Shown here: piece by piece, positions 9,152 through 17,922 of the stretch | Layout of the letters: each line of letters starts with the position of its first letter | How positions within the stretch are numbered: the first letter of the stretch is position 1 | Assembly (NCBI GenBank): GCA_005878635.1 | Contig: VBLS01000111.1 | Span: 1-60,533 of the forward strand | DNA from: Methanobacteriota archaeon | GTDB lineage: Archaea; Thermoplasmatota; Thermoplasmata; RBG-16-68-12 | Reading direction: 5' to 3' | Length of the DNA: 60,533 nucleotides | Position numbers and translations under genes: made by a program | Notes under the pieces: generated by a model | The model's input: the letters and a program-made list of their open reading frames with translations, nothing else | Told to the model about the DNA's origin: nothing | Databases searched by the model: none

Positions 9152-9924
9152 TGATCCTCCTCGAAGCCCAGAACCTCCATTCTGGCTATGGGGAAATGGA
9201 AATCCTCCATGGCGTGTCGATGCGACTCGACAGCCAGGAAATCGTGACGATCATTGGGCCCAATGGGGCCGGCAAATCGACCCTCATCAAGACGATATTC
9301 GGCCTCCTCCGACCGACCGCCGGCCAGGTGACCTTCAAGGGCCTCGACATCACCGGAAAACCGCCTCGGGACCTGGTCCTCGACGGGCTTGCCTACGTCC
9401 CGCAATCGAACAACACGTTCCCGTCCCTCACGGTCCTCGAGAACCTGGAAATGGGCGCCATCACCCGGAGGGCCTCCCCCATCCCGATGCCCTGGAATCG
9501 TAGCCGGGGTTCGGCGACGTCGCCGCGCATGATGAACGACTCGCAGATCCGGAGACGGGCCATCGAGACGATCGCCCTCTTTCCGAACCTCCGCCCGAAG
9601 TTGCGGGAGAGGGCGGGGAACCTCAGCGGCGGGGAGCAGCAGATGGTCGCCCTCGCGAAGTCGATGATGCTGGACCCCGACATCCTCCTGATCGATGAGC
9701 CCTCGGCGGGCCTCGCCCCGAAACTCGTGGATATGGTGTTCTCCAAGATCGTCGAGATCAATGGAAGCGGGACCTCGGTCGTGATGGTGGAGCAGAACGC
9801 GAAGAAGGCACTCGCCATAGCGAACCGCGGATACATTCTGGAGACGGGCAGGAACCGCTATGAGGGGGCCGCAAAGGAGCTCCTCCAAAACACCGACGTT
9901 GCGAAACTCTACCTTGGCGGCTAG
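9148..9924 (+). CDS. livF: ABC ATP-binding protein (LivF-like)
   Basis: GPNGAGKST, LSGGEQQM, DEPSAGLAP, VEQNA; ATGA overlap. Confidence 0.92.
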   Translation: MMILLEAQNLHSGYGEMEILHGVSMRLDSQEIVTIIGPNGAGKSTLIKTIFGLLRPTAGQVTFKGLDITGKPPRDLVLDGLAYVPQSNNTFPSLTVLENLEMGAITRRASPIPMPWNRSRGSATSPRMMNDSQIRRRAIETIALFPNLRPKLRERAGNLSGGEQQMVALAKSMMLDPDILLIDEPSAGLAPKLVDMVFSKIVEINGSGTSVVMVEQNAKKALAIANRGYILETGRNRYEGAAKELLQNTDVAKLYLGG

Positions 9925-9972
9925 GGCTGACGCTGACCGCGAGAAAAAGGAAAGAAGAAAAGGGAAGGGGGT

Positions 9973-11430
9973 TCAGCCGCGTCGGGGTACCGCGAGCGCG
10001 CGGAGCTGCACCATGAACGCGTTCGGGACGTACGGCGCCGGGGCGCCGATATTCGAGGTGGAGACCGGCTGAATGAGCGACTCTCCGAAGAACGCCAACC
10101 GGTCGATCTTGAAGGTGCTGTTAACCCCCCAGATCTCGTAGCTTCCGACGGCCGGGTCGTTCGTCGCATTCAGGTTCTCGGATCCGCTCGCACCTTCCCA
10201 GTTCACGGCGGTTCCCGCGGCCAACGTGGTCAAGGCCTTCGACCATTGCCCACCGTTGATCACCGTTCCGCCGGTGCTAAGCCCGCCCGATACCGCGCGC
10301 AGCTGGGCCTTGATCGAGGCACCGTCGACCGCACCGGCCTTCTGGGCCGCGAGAGCGATCAGGTAGACCGCGTCGTAGGTGTGCGAGGCGTATAGCTGCG
10401 GCGTCTGGTTCGTATAGCGAGCCTTGTAGCGACTCACGAAGTCGTTGTAGAGGGACGAGACCGGCGCCGCCGGTGCCGTTCCCCACAGCTTCGTGACATC
10501 CACGCCGACGGCCGGGTCATGGAGCTGGTCGACGAAGACTTGGTCCTGAAGGCCCTCCGAGAACACCCATTGCTTGTCCCAGGCTCCGGCGTGAGAACCG
10601 CGTTGTTGCTCCCACTGCTTCATCACGGTGAGACCGGTGTCCGGGTACGCGACGAAGTACACAACCTGCGGATTCGCGGCGAAGAGCTGGGTCAGTGCAG
10701 CCGAGTAGTCCGCCTGCTTCTCGGGAATCACGACCGTTGTGTTGACGACATGACCGCCTCCAAGGGCTTCGAACTTCTGCTTGAAGATCGCCCCGAGGCC
10801 GATGCCGTAGGGGTTGTTGATAACCATGGCCGCCGCGTACTTGAACGACTGGTTCGTGCCGAGGTAACTCGCCGCGACCGAACCCTGCAGTCGGTCCGAG
10901 GAAATCGTCCGGAAGAACCAACCGTTCGTCACGGTCAAGTCGGACAGCTTGACCGAGGTCGCGGAGGGAGAGACCATGACGACGCCGTTGTCCCCGGCGA
11001 ACTTGATCGACGACAGCGAGCCGCCGGAGAACTGAGCACCCACGATCGCGTCGACATGATTTTGCGTGATCAGTTTGGTTGCCGCGGCGAGGGCGGCGGT
11101 CGAATCGGTCTGATCGTCTTCATTGTAAATCTCAACCTTCTGGCCGAGGACTCCGCCGGCCGCGTTGATCTCTTCGACGGCCAGGTTCGCCCCTTTCGTA
11201 TCGCCGGGTCCGAAGAGGGCCAATCCCCCGGTCAGCGACAAGAGGGTTCCAATCCTCAATGGCGCCTTTCCAGACGGGCTGAAGAGCCCGCCGACGGCCG
11301 CCGCCAAGACGACGACGACGATCACGACCAGAACTGCAATCACGATCCACAACGCTTTGCCCCTCGAGGCCGGCTTTGGCGCCTCCCCCGAGGAGGATGA
11401 CGGCTCCTCCATGATAATCCCGGGCGACAT
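9973..11430 (-). CDS. ABC substrate-binding protein (LivJ/K family) with N-terminal membrane anchor
   Basis: TM anchor; LAVEEINAAGGVLG, SPSATS, FFRTISSD, YDAVYLIALA; start 11430 or 11412. Confidence 0.88.
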   Translation of the reverse strand: MSPGIIMEEPSSSSGEAPKPASRGKALWIVIAVLVVIVVVVLAAAVGGLFSPSGKAPLRIGTLLSLTGGLALFGPGDTKGANLAVEEINAAGGVLGQKVEIYNEDDQTDSTAALAAATKLITQNHVDAIVGAQFSGGSLSSIKFAGDNGVVMVSPSATSVKLSDLTVTNGWFFRTISSDRLQGSVAASYLGTNQSFKYAAAMVINNPYGIGLGAIFKQKFEALGGGHVVNTTVVIPEKQADYSAALTQLFAANPQVVYFVAYPDTGLTVMKQWEQQRGSHAGAWDKQWVFSEGLQDQVFVDQLHDPAVGVDVTKLWGTAPAAPVSSLYNDFVSRYKARYTNQTPQLYASHTYDAVYLIALAAQKAGAVDGASIKAQLRAVSGGLSTGGTVINGGQWSKALTTLAAGTAVNWEGASGSENLNATNDPAVGSYEIWGVNSTFKIDRLAFFGESLIQPVSTSNIGAPAPYVPNAFMVQLRALAVPRRG

Positions 11431-11534
11431 GTCGCGTCCTTATTTTAAACGTTCTGGCCGCCGCTTGGACACGGAGGGCTTTTGGTGCATTGTTCGAACT
11501 GGTACCATGCCCGGGATCGGATCGTCCCGCTCGC

Positions 11535-11711
11535 TTACGCGGCGCGTTCGCGGCGGAAAATCAGATATCCGACGAACCCGAAAATCGGGACGCCGAAAGA
11601 GACCGCGAACCAGAACGGCCCCCGCATCCGGCGGAGGCGGGCGTCCTGATAGACCCACAGGCCGACGAGGAAGGACGCGATGTAGAGCCCGAGGAGCAGC
11701 AACCAGAACAC
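11535..11711 (-). CDS. Small membrane protein (PLDc_N-like)
   Basis: LWVYQDARLR...W...P..G...YLIFRR pattern; start uncertain. Confidence 0.6.
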   Translation of the reverse strand: MFWLLLLGLYIASFLVGLWVYQDARLRRMRGPFWFAVSFGVPIFGFVGYLIFRRERAA

Positions 11712-11949
11712 GATCGGCGTGGCCGGAGCAGCCGCCTGGTACGGGAGGGCGGCGCTCGGAAGGGCGTCGGGCGAGGTGGTCCCTCCTGCGCGGTTCCTCT
11801 CGGGAGGCGGGATGGGCCGGGGATATTTATACCATGCCGGATGCGCGGTCACGATTGAGAGCCACGCGCATCCGTTAGAGGCGGGAATGGGACCCCCGAG
11901 ACATTCTTATCGACGAATCGCGCTCGCCACGCGAGGCCGGAGGGATCGA

Positions 11950-12300
11950 TTGGCCGAGGTTTCGACGAGCGGCATCGTCCTCTTGCTCGGCGTCGTTTTC
12001 ACGATCGTGGGAGTCGTCTTCGTGCCTTTCCTTTGCATCGGCGTGCCCCTGCTCATCGTCGGCGTGATCTTGGTCGTGGCGGAGAGCGGTCGCGGACGAA
12101 GAGCCCCGATGTCCCCTGCCTTTCCTCCGTACGCGGGCATGTACCCGAGCCCGCCGCCGATGGCCCCCGCCCGAGACGCATCGGCACCCACCGGAGGTCC
12201 GCCATTGGCATCGGTTGGCGAGGCCTGCCGGAGTTGCGGTGCTCCGTTGACGCCCGCGGCTTCCTTCTGCGCGAACTGCGGGGCCCGCGTCCTCCGGTAG
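11950..12300 (+). CDS. Membrane protein with Pro-rich linker and C-terminal zinc ribbon
   Basis: Two TMs, then CRSCG...FCANCG; TTG start after GGAGGG. Confidence 0.75.
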   Translation: MAEVSTSGIVLLLGVVFTIVGVVFVPFLCIGVPLLIVGVILVVAESGRGRRAPMSPAFPPYAGMYPSPPPMAPARDASAPTGGPPLASVGEACRSCGAPLTPAASFCANCGARVLR

Positions 12301-12364
12301 TCCGTCCGGTCGGCCCGCGATGCCTTTATGGCGGCCAAGCCCTCTTCCCGCGCCCGGTGGACCA

Positions 12365-13660
12365 GTGAAGCGCTCCGACGTGTCGGGCTTTTACAAGAAG
12401 AGCGCGGAGGAGCGTTGGCAGATCATCCGCGAGTTCGGGGAGCTCGAGGCGTCCGAGATCGACACGATTCGAAACACCGGCGCGCTCCGGTTCGATCAGG
12501 TCGACCATATGGTCGAGAATGTCGTCGGTACGATGCCTCTGCCTCTCGGGATCGCCGTCAATTTCCGCGTGAACGGGCGGGACTACCTGATCCCGATGGC
12601 CATCGAGGAGCCGAGCGTCGTGGCCGCGGCCTCGAACGCGGCCCGGCTCGCGCGCGCGCACGGTGGTTTCACGACGAGCGGCTCGGGTCCGATCATGCTC
12701 GGCCAGATCCAGCTGGTCGGGATCCCCGATCCGCACGGGGCCCGTATCACGATCCTGTCCCATCGGGACGAGATCCTGGCCCTCGCGAACGAAAAGGACC
12801 CGATGCTCGTCAAGGTCGGCGGCGGGGCCAAGGACGTCGAGGTCCGTGTGCTCGAGACGAACCGCGGACCGATGGTCATCACCCACCTCGTGGTCGACTG
12901 CCGCGACGCCATGGGCGCCAACGCGGTGAATACGATGGCGGAGGCGATCGCCCCGCACCTCGAGAAGTGGACCGGCGGCCGCGTCTACCTGCGGATCATC
13001 TCGAACCTTGCGGTCCGGCGACTCGCGCGGGCCCGCGCGACTTTCGGGAAGGACGTCCTGAAGACAGACGAGCTGTCCGGCGAAGAGGTCATCGAGGGCA
13101 TCCTCGAAGCCTACGCCTTCGCAGAAGCCGACCCGTTCCGATGCGCCACGCACAACAAAGGGATCATGAACGGGGTTGATGCCGTCGTCGTCGCGACGGG
13201 GAACGACTGGAGGGCCATCGAGTCGGGAGCCCACGCCTATGCCGCCTGGAAGTCCGGCGGCTACCGGTCCCTGACCACCTGGGAAAAGGATGCGTCCGGG
13301 GACTTGGTCGGAACGATCGAGATGCCGATGGCGGTCGGGCTCGTCGGCGGCGCCACGGCCGTCCATCCGACCGCCCGCGCGAATGTGCGGCTTCTGGGGG
13401 TGAAGAGCGCGCAGGAACTCGGCGAGATCATCGCCACGGTGGGGCTCGCGCAGAACTTCGCCGCGCTCCGAGCCTTGGCGACGGAGGGCATCCAGCGGGG
13501 CCACATGTCCCTCCATGCCCGGAACATCGCGGCCACGGTTGGGGCAACGGGCGAGGAGGTCGAGCGAGTGGCGGAAATCCTGGTGAAAGAGCGAAAGGTT
13601 CGGATGGACCGAGCGAAGGAAGTCCTCTCCGAACTCCGGGCGAAGAAGGTCAGTGACTAA
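12365..13660 (+). CDS. mvaA: HMG-CoA reductase, class II
   Basis: ENVVG, EEPSVVAAAS, DAMGANAVNT, THNKGIMNG, GIQRGHMSLHARN. Confidence 0.95.
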   Translation: MKRSDVSGFYKKSAEERWQIIREFGELEASEIDTIRNTGALRFDQVDHMVENVVGTMPLPLGIAVNFRVNGRDYLIPMAIEEPSVVAAASNAARLARAHGGFTTSGSGPIMLGQIQLVGIPDPHGARITILSHRDEILALANEKDPMLVKVGGGAKDVEVRVLETNRGPMVITHLVVDCRDAMGANAVNTMAEAIAPHLEKWTGGRVYLRIISNLAVRRLARARATFGKDVLKTDELSGEEVIEGILEAYAFAEADPFRCATHNKGIMNGVDAVVVATGNDWRAIESGAHAYAAWKSGGYRSLTTWEKDASGDLVGTIEMPMAVGLVGGATAVHPTARANVRLLGVKSAQELGEIIATVGLAQNFAALRALATEGIQRGHMSLHARNIAATVGATGEEVERVAEILVKERKVRMDRAKEVLSELRAKKVSD

Positions 13661-13975
13661 TATTTGTGACAGTGGATTATTCCGATTAGTCGAATCTATG
13701 TGGATGCTATAATAGGATACCATAAATCGAGATTCACTATCTTTGTTTAGGTGCGTCAGAATTCCGATTTTTCCGTGACAATCCTTGTCTCGGAAACCCG
13801 CTAGCCCCTTGACTACTATTTTGCGTGTGCCATAAAATTCACCCTTGTCGCGTTCGCTCTCCGCCTCCCTTATGCACGCATTTCCGTACGACGTTGCGTC
13901 AGACTATCGTCCGACCGGCAGACTTTTTTACTATGAGGTGCCTCTGCCGCTTCGGGATGGGTTCGAATAGTTCGA
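13661..13975. other. AT-rich intergenic region with short repeated motifs upstream of the recombinase
   Basis: About 37% GC over 13661-13780 by hand count; repeated TGCGTCAGA, TTCCGATT, CCATAAA; palindrome GACAA-TCC-TTGTC. Confidence 0.7.
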
Positions 13976-14788
13976 GTGGCAGTCTACACTAGAGTCTCTA
14001 CCGAAGACCAAGCTAAAGAAGGATTTTCCCTCAGCGCCCAGAAGGAGCGCCTTGAGGGTTACTGCTTGGCCCGCGGGTGGGAGGTCGCGGCCCTGTATGT
14101 GGACGATGGGCACTCCGGCCGCAACACCCGCCGGCCCGCGTATCAACGGATGATCGAGGAACGGGATCGGTGGGACGCGATCCTCGTGATCAAGATGGAT
14201 CGAATCCATCGAAACGCTCGTAACTTCATGGAGATGATGGATCAATTGGGTGATTGGGAGAAGGACTTCGTGTCCGCTACGGAGTCTCTCGACACATCCA
14301 CCGCGATGGGACGCTTCGTGATGGACATCATTCAGCGCATCGCGCAGCTCGAGTCCGAACAGATCGGGGAGCGCGTCAAGATGGGGATGGCCCAGAAGGC
14401 GAAGGCGGGTCCTGGAATCGTCGGGTACCAGCCGCCGTTGGGCTACGAGGTCTCGGCGGGCAATCTGATTACGATCGGTCGAGAGGCGAGCATCGTCCGG
14501 GAGATCTTCCGACGATGCGAGGATGGCTCCACGCTCGAAGAGATCGCCGCGGCCCTGAATGACGAGGGCCTCCGGACCAAGCGGGACACGGAGTGGACCG
14601 CCGTCAAGGTGTACCACATCTTGCACAACCCGGTCTACGCGGGCTTCCTCCGGTGGGACGGGTTCCTCCGAAAAGCGGAACATGAGGCCTTCGTCTCCGC
14701 CGAAACGTTCAACGAGGTCCAGGCACGGCTCCGGTCGCGCGCCCTCCTCGCGAACGCCCGGGCCCCTCCAATCGTCCTGGAGGCCTGA
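13976..14788 (+). CDS. Serine recombinase (resolvase catalytic plus recombinase domain)
   Basis: VYTRVSTEDQ catalytic Ser, DDGHSG, RPA, KMDRIHR, LESEQIGER, PLGY, ILHNPVYAG, HEAFVS. Confidence 0.93.
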   Translation: MAVYTRVSTEDQAKEGFSLSAQKERLEGYCLARGWEVAALYVDDGHSGRNTRRPAYQRMIEERDRWDAILVIKMDRIHRNARNFMEMMDQLGDWEKDFVSATESLDTSTAMGRFVMDIIQRIAQLESEQIGERVKMGMAQKAKAGPGIVGYQPPLGYEVSAGNLITIGREASIVREIFRRCEDGSTLEEIAAALNDEGLRTKRDTEWTAVKVYHILHNPVYAGFLRWDGFLRKAEHEAFVSAETFNEVQARLRSRALLANARAPPIVLEA

Positions 14789-14791
14789 GCG

Positions 14792-15520
14792 ATGGAGGGC
14801 CGCTGCGCGCGATGCTGGACGCCGAAGAACCTCGTGAGCCACGAGGTGGAGGCAAATCCGCGGGCGGACCCAACCGTCCGGAAGGAAAAGGTCGTCCTCT
14901 GCAAGCATTGCGCCGACGGAGCGCCCGCGGACGCCCTCCTCTTCTGGGAAGTCTACATGCGATTCGGTTCGACCCGCGAACTCTTGCAGCACTACGCTGC
15001 GGAGACTGAGGAGGACGCCCTCCGAAAGCTCTGCGTCGAGCGGGACCTGAACGAGCGAGAGGTGGTCCGGCGGGCCCGCGGGCAGCAGAGCGCCGAGGCC
15101 CTCAACAACGCGGTGAAGAAAGCGAATGCGTTCCTCACCTATGCGAGCCCGTACGGCTACGACTACGTGAACGGCGTCCTCCAGGTGAAGCAGGAGGAGG
15201 CCCGCGTCGTATCGCTCATCTTCAGGCGGTACCTCGAGGGGAAAGGAATCGCGAAGATTTGTCAGGAGTTGAATCGCGACGGGTACCGGACGAAGACGGG
15301 ACGCGCCTGGGCGAGCCAGACGATCGCGAATATCCTCAGCAATCCCGTCTATTGCGGCCTGTCCCGGTTGAACGGCGGCATCAAGCGCGGGAAACATGAT
15401 GCCCTGATCGAAATCGAGACGTTCAATCGAGTCCAAAACGAAATGCAGCGGCGGATCCGGCGGCCGGACCAGAGGAAGCCGGACACCCCGCAGCTGCGGC
15501 TCGAGGACTACCGCGAGTGA
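14792..15520 (+). CDS. Degenerate HNH/zinc finger plus recombinase DNA-binding domain, no catalytic domain
   Basis: CARC...LVSHE...LCKHC N-terminus; PYGY...EEARVV..IF...LNRDG..TKTG..W...ILSNPVYCG...HDALI. Confidence 0.82.
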   Translation: MEGRCARCWTPKNLVSHEVEANPRADPTVRKEKVVLCKHCADGAPADALLFWEVYMRFGSTRELLQHYAAETEEDALRKLCVERDLNEREVVRRARGQQSAEALNNAVKKANAFLTYASPYGYDYVNGVLQVKQEEARVVSLIFRRYLEGKGIAKICQELNRDGYRTKTGRAWASQTIANILSNPVYCGLSRLNGGIKRGKHDALIEIETFNRVQNEMQRRIRRPDQRKPDTPQLRLEDYRE

Positions 15521-15682
15521 GCCATCCCTCCCCGGATTTCTCGCACATTTTGCGGTCTGCAGAGGACCGCAGGCGGGCATCCCATTGTGCAAAGGTAGTC
15601 CAAACCGAAATGGGAAGGCGCTCGAGGCCGCGTTGACAATCCATAGGACTATATGGACGCCTAGTTCTATGTGTCCAGGCGA

Positions 15683-15835
15683 ATGCCCAAGCGAGTCAGG
15701 GATCTCACGACGATCCAGTTGACGACCGAGACCCGGGATCGGTTGTACCGGCTGAAATTCCGGAAGACCTACGACGAGTTCCTCTCGGAACTTTGCGACG
15801 TATTCGAGGCGTCGGGTCAGGACGATCAAAAATGA
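15683..15835 (+). CDS. Small ribbon-helix-helix-type DNA-binding protein (50 aa, not in ORF track)
   Basis: MPKRVRDLTTIQLTTETRDRLYRLKFRKTYDEFLSELCDVFEASGQDDQK; TTIQL..ET..RL..LK...YD pattern. Confidence 0.75.
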   Translation: MPKRVRDLTTIQLTTETRDRLYRLKFRKTYDEFLSELCDVFEASGQDDQK

Positions 15836-15980
15836 GCCCTCGAAACGTCGTTTAGCTAATACATATAATTTCATACACGGTTTTGTTACAGCTATACTGA
15901 TCGCATGTCCCAGCTACTAGCGACGATTTCGGCACCCGGCTGATAGGGTTATGACCGCACGGCCGATTCTCAGAGCGAGC

Positions 15981-17351
15981 ATGAGCTGGGCGGAGCGACA
16001 CCGACCGAAGGACCTCGACGACATCGTCGCGAATCCGACCGCGGTCGCCGAGCTCCGAAAGTGGGCGGCGGCATGGCAGCGCGGTCGACCGGACAAGAAG
16101 GCGGTCATCTTGCAGGGCCCTCCCGGCATCGGCAAGACGAGCGCCGCCCTCGCCCTCGCGAAGGAGATGGGCTGGAGCGTCGTCGAGATGAATGCCTCGG
16201 ACAGCCGGAACGCGGAGGCGATTCGGAAGGTCGCGACTCGCGGGGCCGTCCTCCAGACCTTCAGCGATTCCGGCGAATTCCTCCGGGCGGCCCAAGGAGG
16301 ACGCAAGCTGATCGTCCTCGACGAGGCCGATAACGTGTTCGGCCGGGAGGACCGCGGAGGGATCGGCGCGATCGTGGAGACGATCCAGACGAGCGGGCAG
16401 CCGATCGTCCTGATCGCGAACGACTACTACGGCCTCACCCGACGATCGTCCTCTCTGAAGCGACTAAGCAAGACCATCAAATTTCAACCTATTCACGATG
16501 ACGCCATGAAAAACATACTTCGCACGATCACCACCAAGGAAGGCGTCGACGTCGCCTCGGAAGTCCTTGATGTGATCGTCGAACGGTCCTCGGGAGATCT
16601 GCGGTCCGCGATCAACGACCTCGAGTCCCTCGCGATCGGCAAAGACGCGGTCCGGGCCACCGGGACGAAGGCCCTCGGGTACCGCGATCGAGAGCGCACG
16701 ATTTTCCCCGCGATCGAGGAGATCCTCCGGTCCGGAGATGCGCGGCGCGCGAAGGAGGCCGCGACGGGACTCGACGAATCCCCGGAGGACCTCATCTTGT
16801 GGGTCGACCAGAACCTGGGCCACGAGTTCGGCCGTCCCGACGACCTGGCCCGCGGCTACGATGCACTGAGCCGCGCGGACGTCTTCCTGGGGCGGGCCCG
16901 TCGGCGACAGAGCTTCGGCCTCTGGTCGTACGCGAAGGAGCTGATGTCGAGCGGCGTCGCGGTCGCCCGGAAGGGCCGTGGTCGAGGCGGCCAGCTCGAG
17001 TTCCCGTATTACCTGATCCAGATGGCCCGCTCTCGGGCGCAGCGCGGGGCGCGGACGTCCCTCGCCACGAAGCTCGCTCGCCACCTGCACGTCTCGCGGA
17101 CGCTCATCCTCGACGAACTCCTCCCGACGATCCGGATGCTGTTCCAGGGCGACGAGGAGCTGCGGGTGAACCTCACCGCCGCCCTCCGCCTCGAGGACGC
17201 GGAGGTCGCCCTCCTGATGGAGGAGCCGGAGTCGAGCCATGCGGTGAAGCACCTCCTCGAGAAGGCGGCCCTGGTCGCCGGGGCTCGTGCCCCCGAGTCG
17301 AAGGAAGGCTCGCTCCCCGCGTTCGACGAGGACGACGCCGATGCCGCGTGA
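15981..17351 (+). CDS. rfcL: Replication factor C large subunit
   Basis: SWAERHRP, GPPGIGKTS, EMNASDSR, LDEAD, GDLRSAINDL. Confidence 0.95.
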   Translation: MSWAERHRPKDLDDIVANPTAVAELRKWAAAWQRGRPDKKAVILQGPPGIGKTSAALALAKEMGWSVVEMNASDSRNAEAIRKVATRGAVLQTFSDSGEFLRAAQGGRKLIVLDEADNVFGREDRGGIGAIVETIQTSGQPIVLIANDYYGLTRRSSSLKRLSKTIKFQPIHDDAMKNILRTITTKEGVDVASEVLDVIVERSSGDLRSAINDLESLAIGKDAVRATGTKALGYRDRERTIFPAIEEILRSGDARRAKEAATGLDESPEDLILWVDQNLGHEFGRPDDLARGYDALSRADVFLGRARRRQSFGLWSYAKELMSSGVAVARKGRGRGGQLEFPYYLIQMARSRAQRGARTSLATKLARHLHVSRTLILDELLPTIRMLFQGDEELRVNLTAALRLEDAEVALLMEEPESSHAVKHLLEKAALVAGARAPESKEGSLPAFDEDDADAA

Positions 17352-17898
17352 GTCGGGAATTCGCCAACGAGCTATCGTCGGTCGACGGCTCGACCTCGCG
17401 GACTTCGAACTCCTGACCAAGTACACCTTGCCATTCGTGGACGCCGCGTGGGAGGTGCCTTTCGCGGTCCTCGATCTCGTAGGAAGCCCTCCTCGAGTCC
17501 TCGCGGGGCCGATCCACTGGGACGGATCGCGCTTGCATTCGACCGAACCGAAAGCGGCCCTCCGACGGATTGAATCCGTCCCGCCCGAAGACCTTGGTCA
17601 TCTCGTTCACTACGATCCCTGGTGGGTGTTCCGCGGCGCATCCGGGGTGGACCGAACGTGGATCGAGGCCGCGTTCGCCACGAACATCGCGCGCCCGTTC
17701 ATGCACGCGGGGAAGAAACTCAAGATCCACGACCTGCGATTCGACGACGGGATGGAGAGGCTCGAGGCGATCCTGGCGAAGGACGACGTGTTCCGGCCGA
17801 TCGAGCTCCACCGGGGCGAAGTCGACTTGCTCTCGTTGCGGCGAGGGAGGCCCGATGACGTCGAAGGATCATCCTCCCCGACCGCGAAAGCCCTTTAA
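17341..17898 (+). CDS. Hypothetical protein
   Basis: Protein-like composition, overlaps rfcL stop; no recognised family. Confidence 0.65.
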   Translation: MPRESGIRQRAIVGRRLDLADFELLTKYTLPFVDAAWEVPFAVLDLVGSPPRVLAGPIHWDGSRLHSTEPKAALRRIESVPPEDLGHLVHYDPWWVFRGASGVDRTWIEAAFATNIARPFMHAGKKLKIHDLRFDDGMERLEAILAKDDVFRPIELHRGEVDLLSLRRGRPDDVEGSSSPTAKAL

Positions 17899-17922
17899 CT
17901 TCCGACTCGCATGCGCCGACGA

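Noticed and set aside
15851..15900. Xer dif site or ORB-type origin
   Set aside because: No 11-6-11 inverted dif structure, no ORB consensus and no cdc6/orc1 gene in the window.
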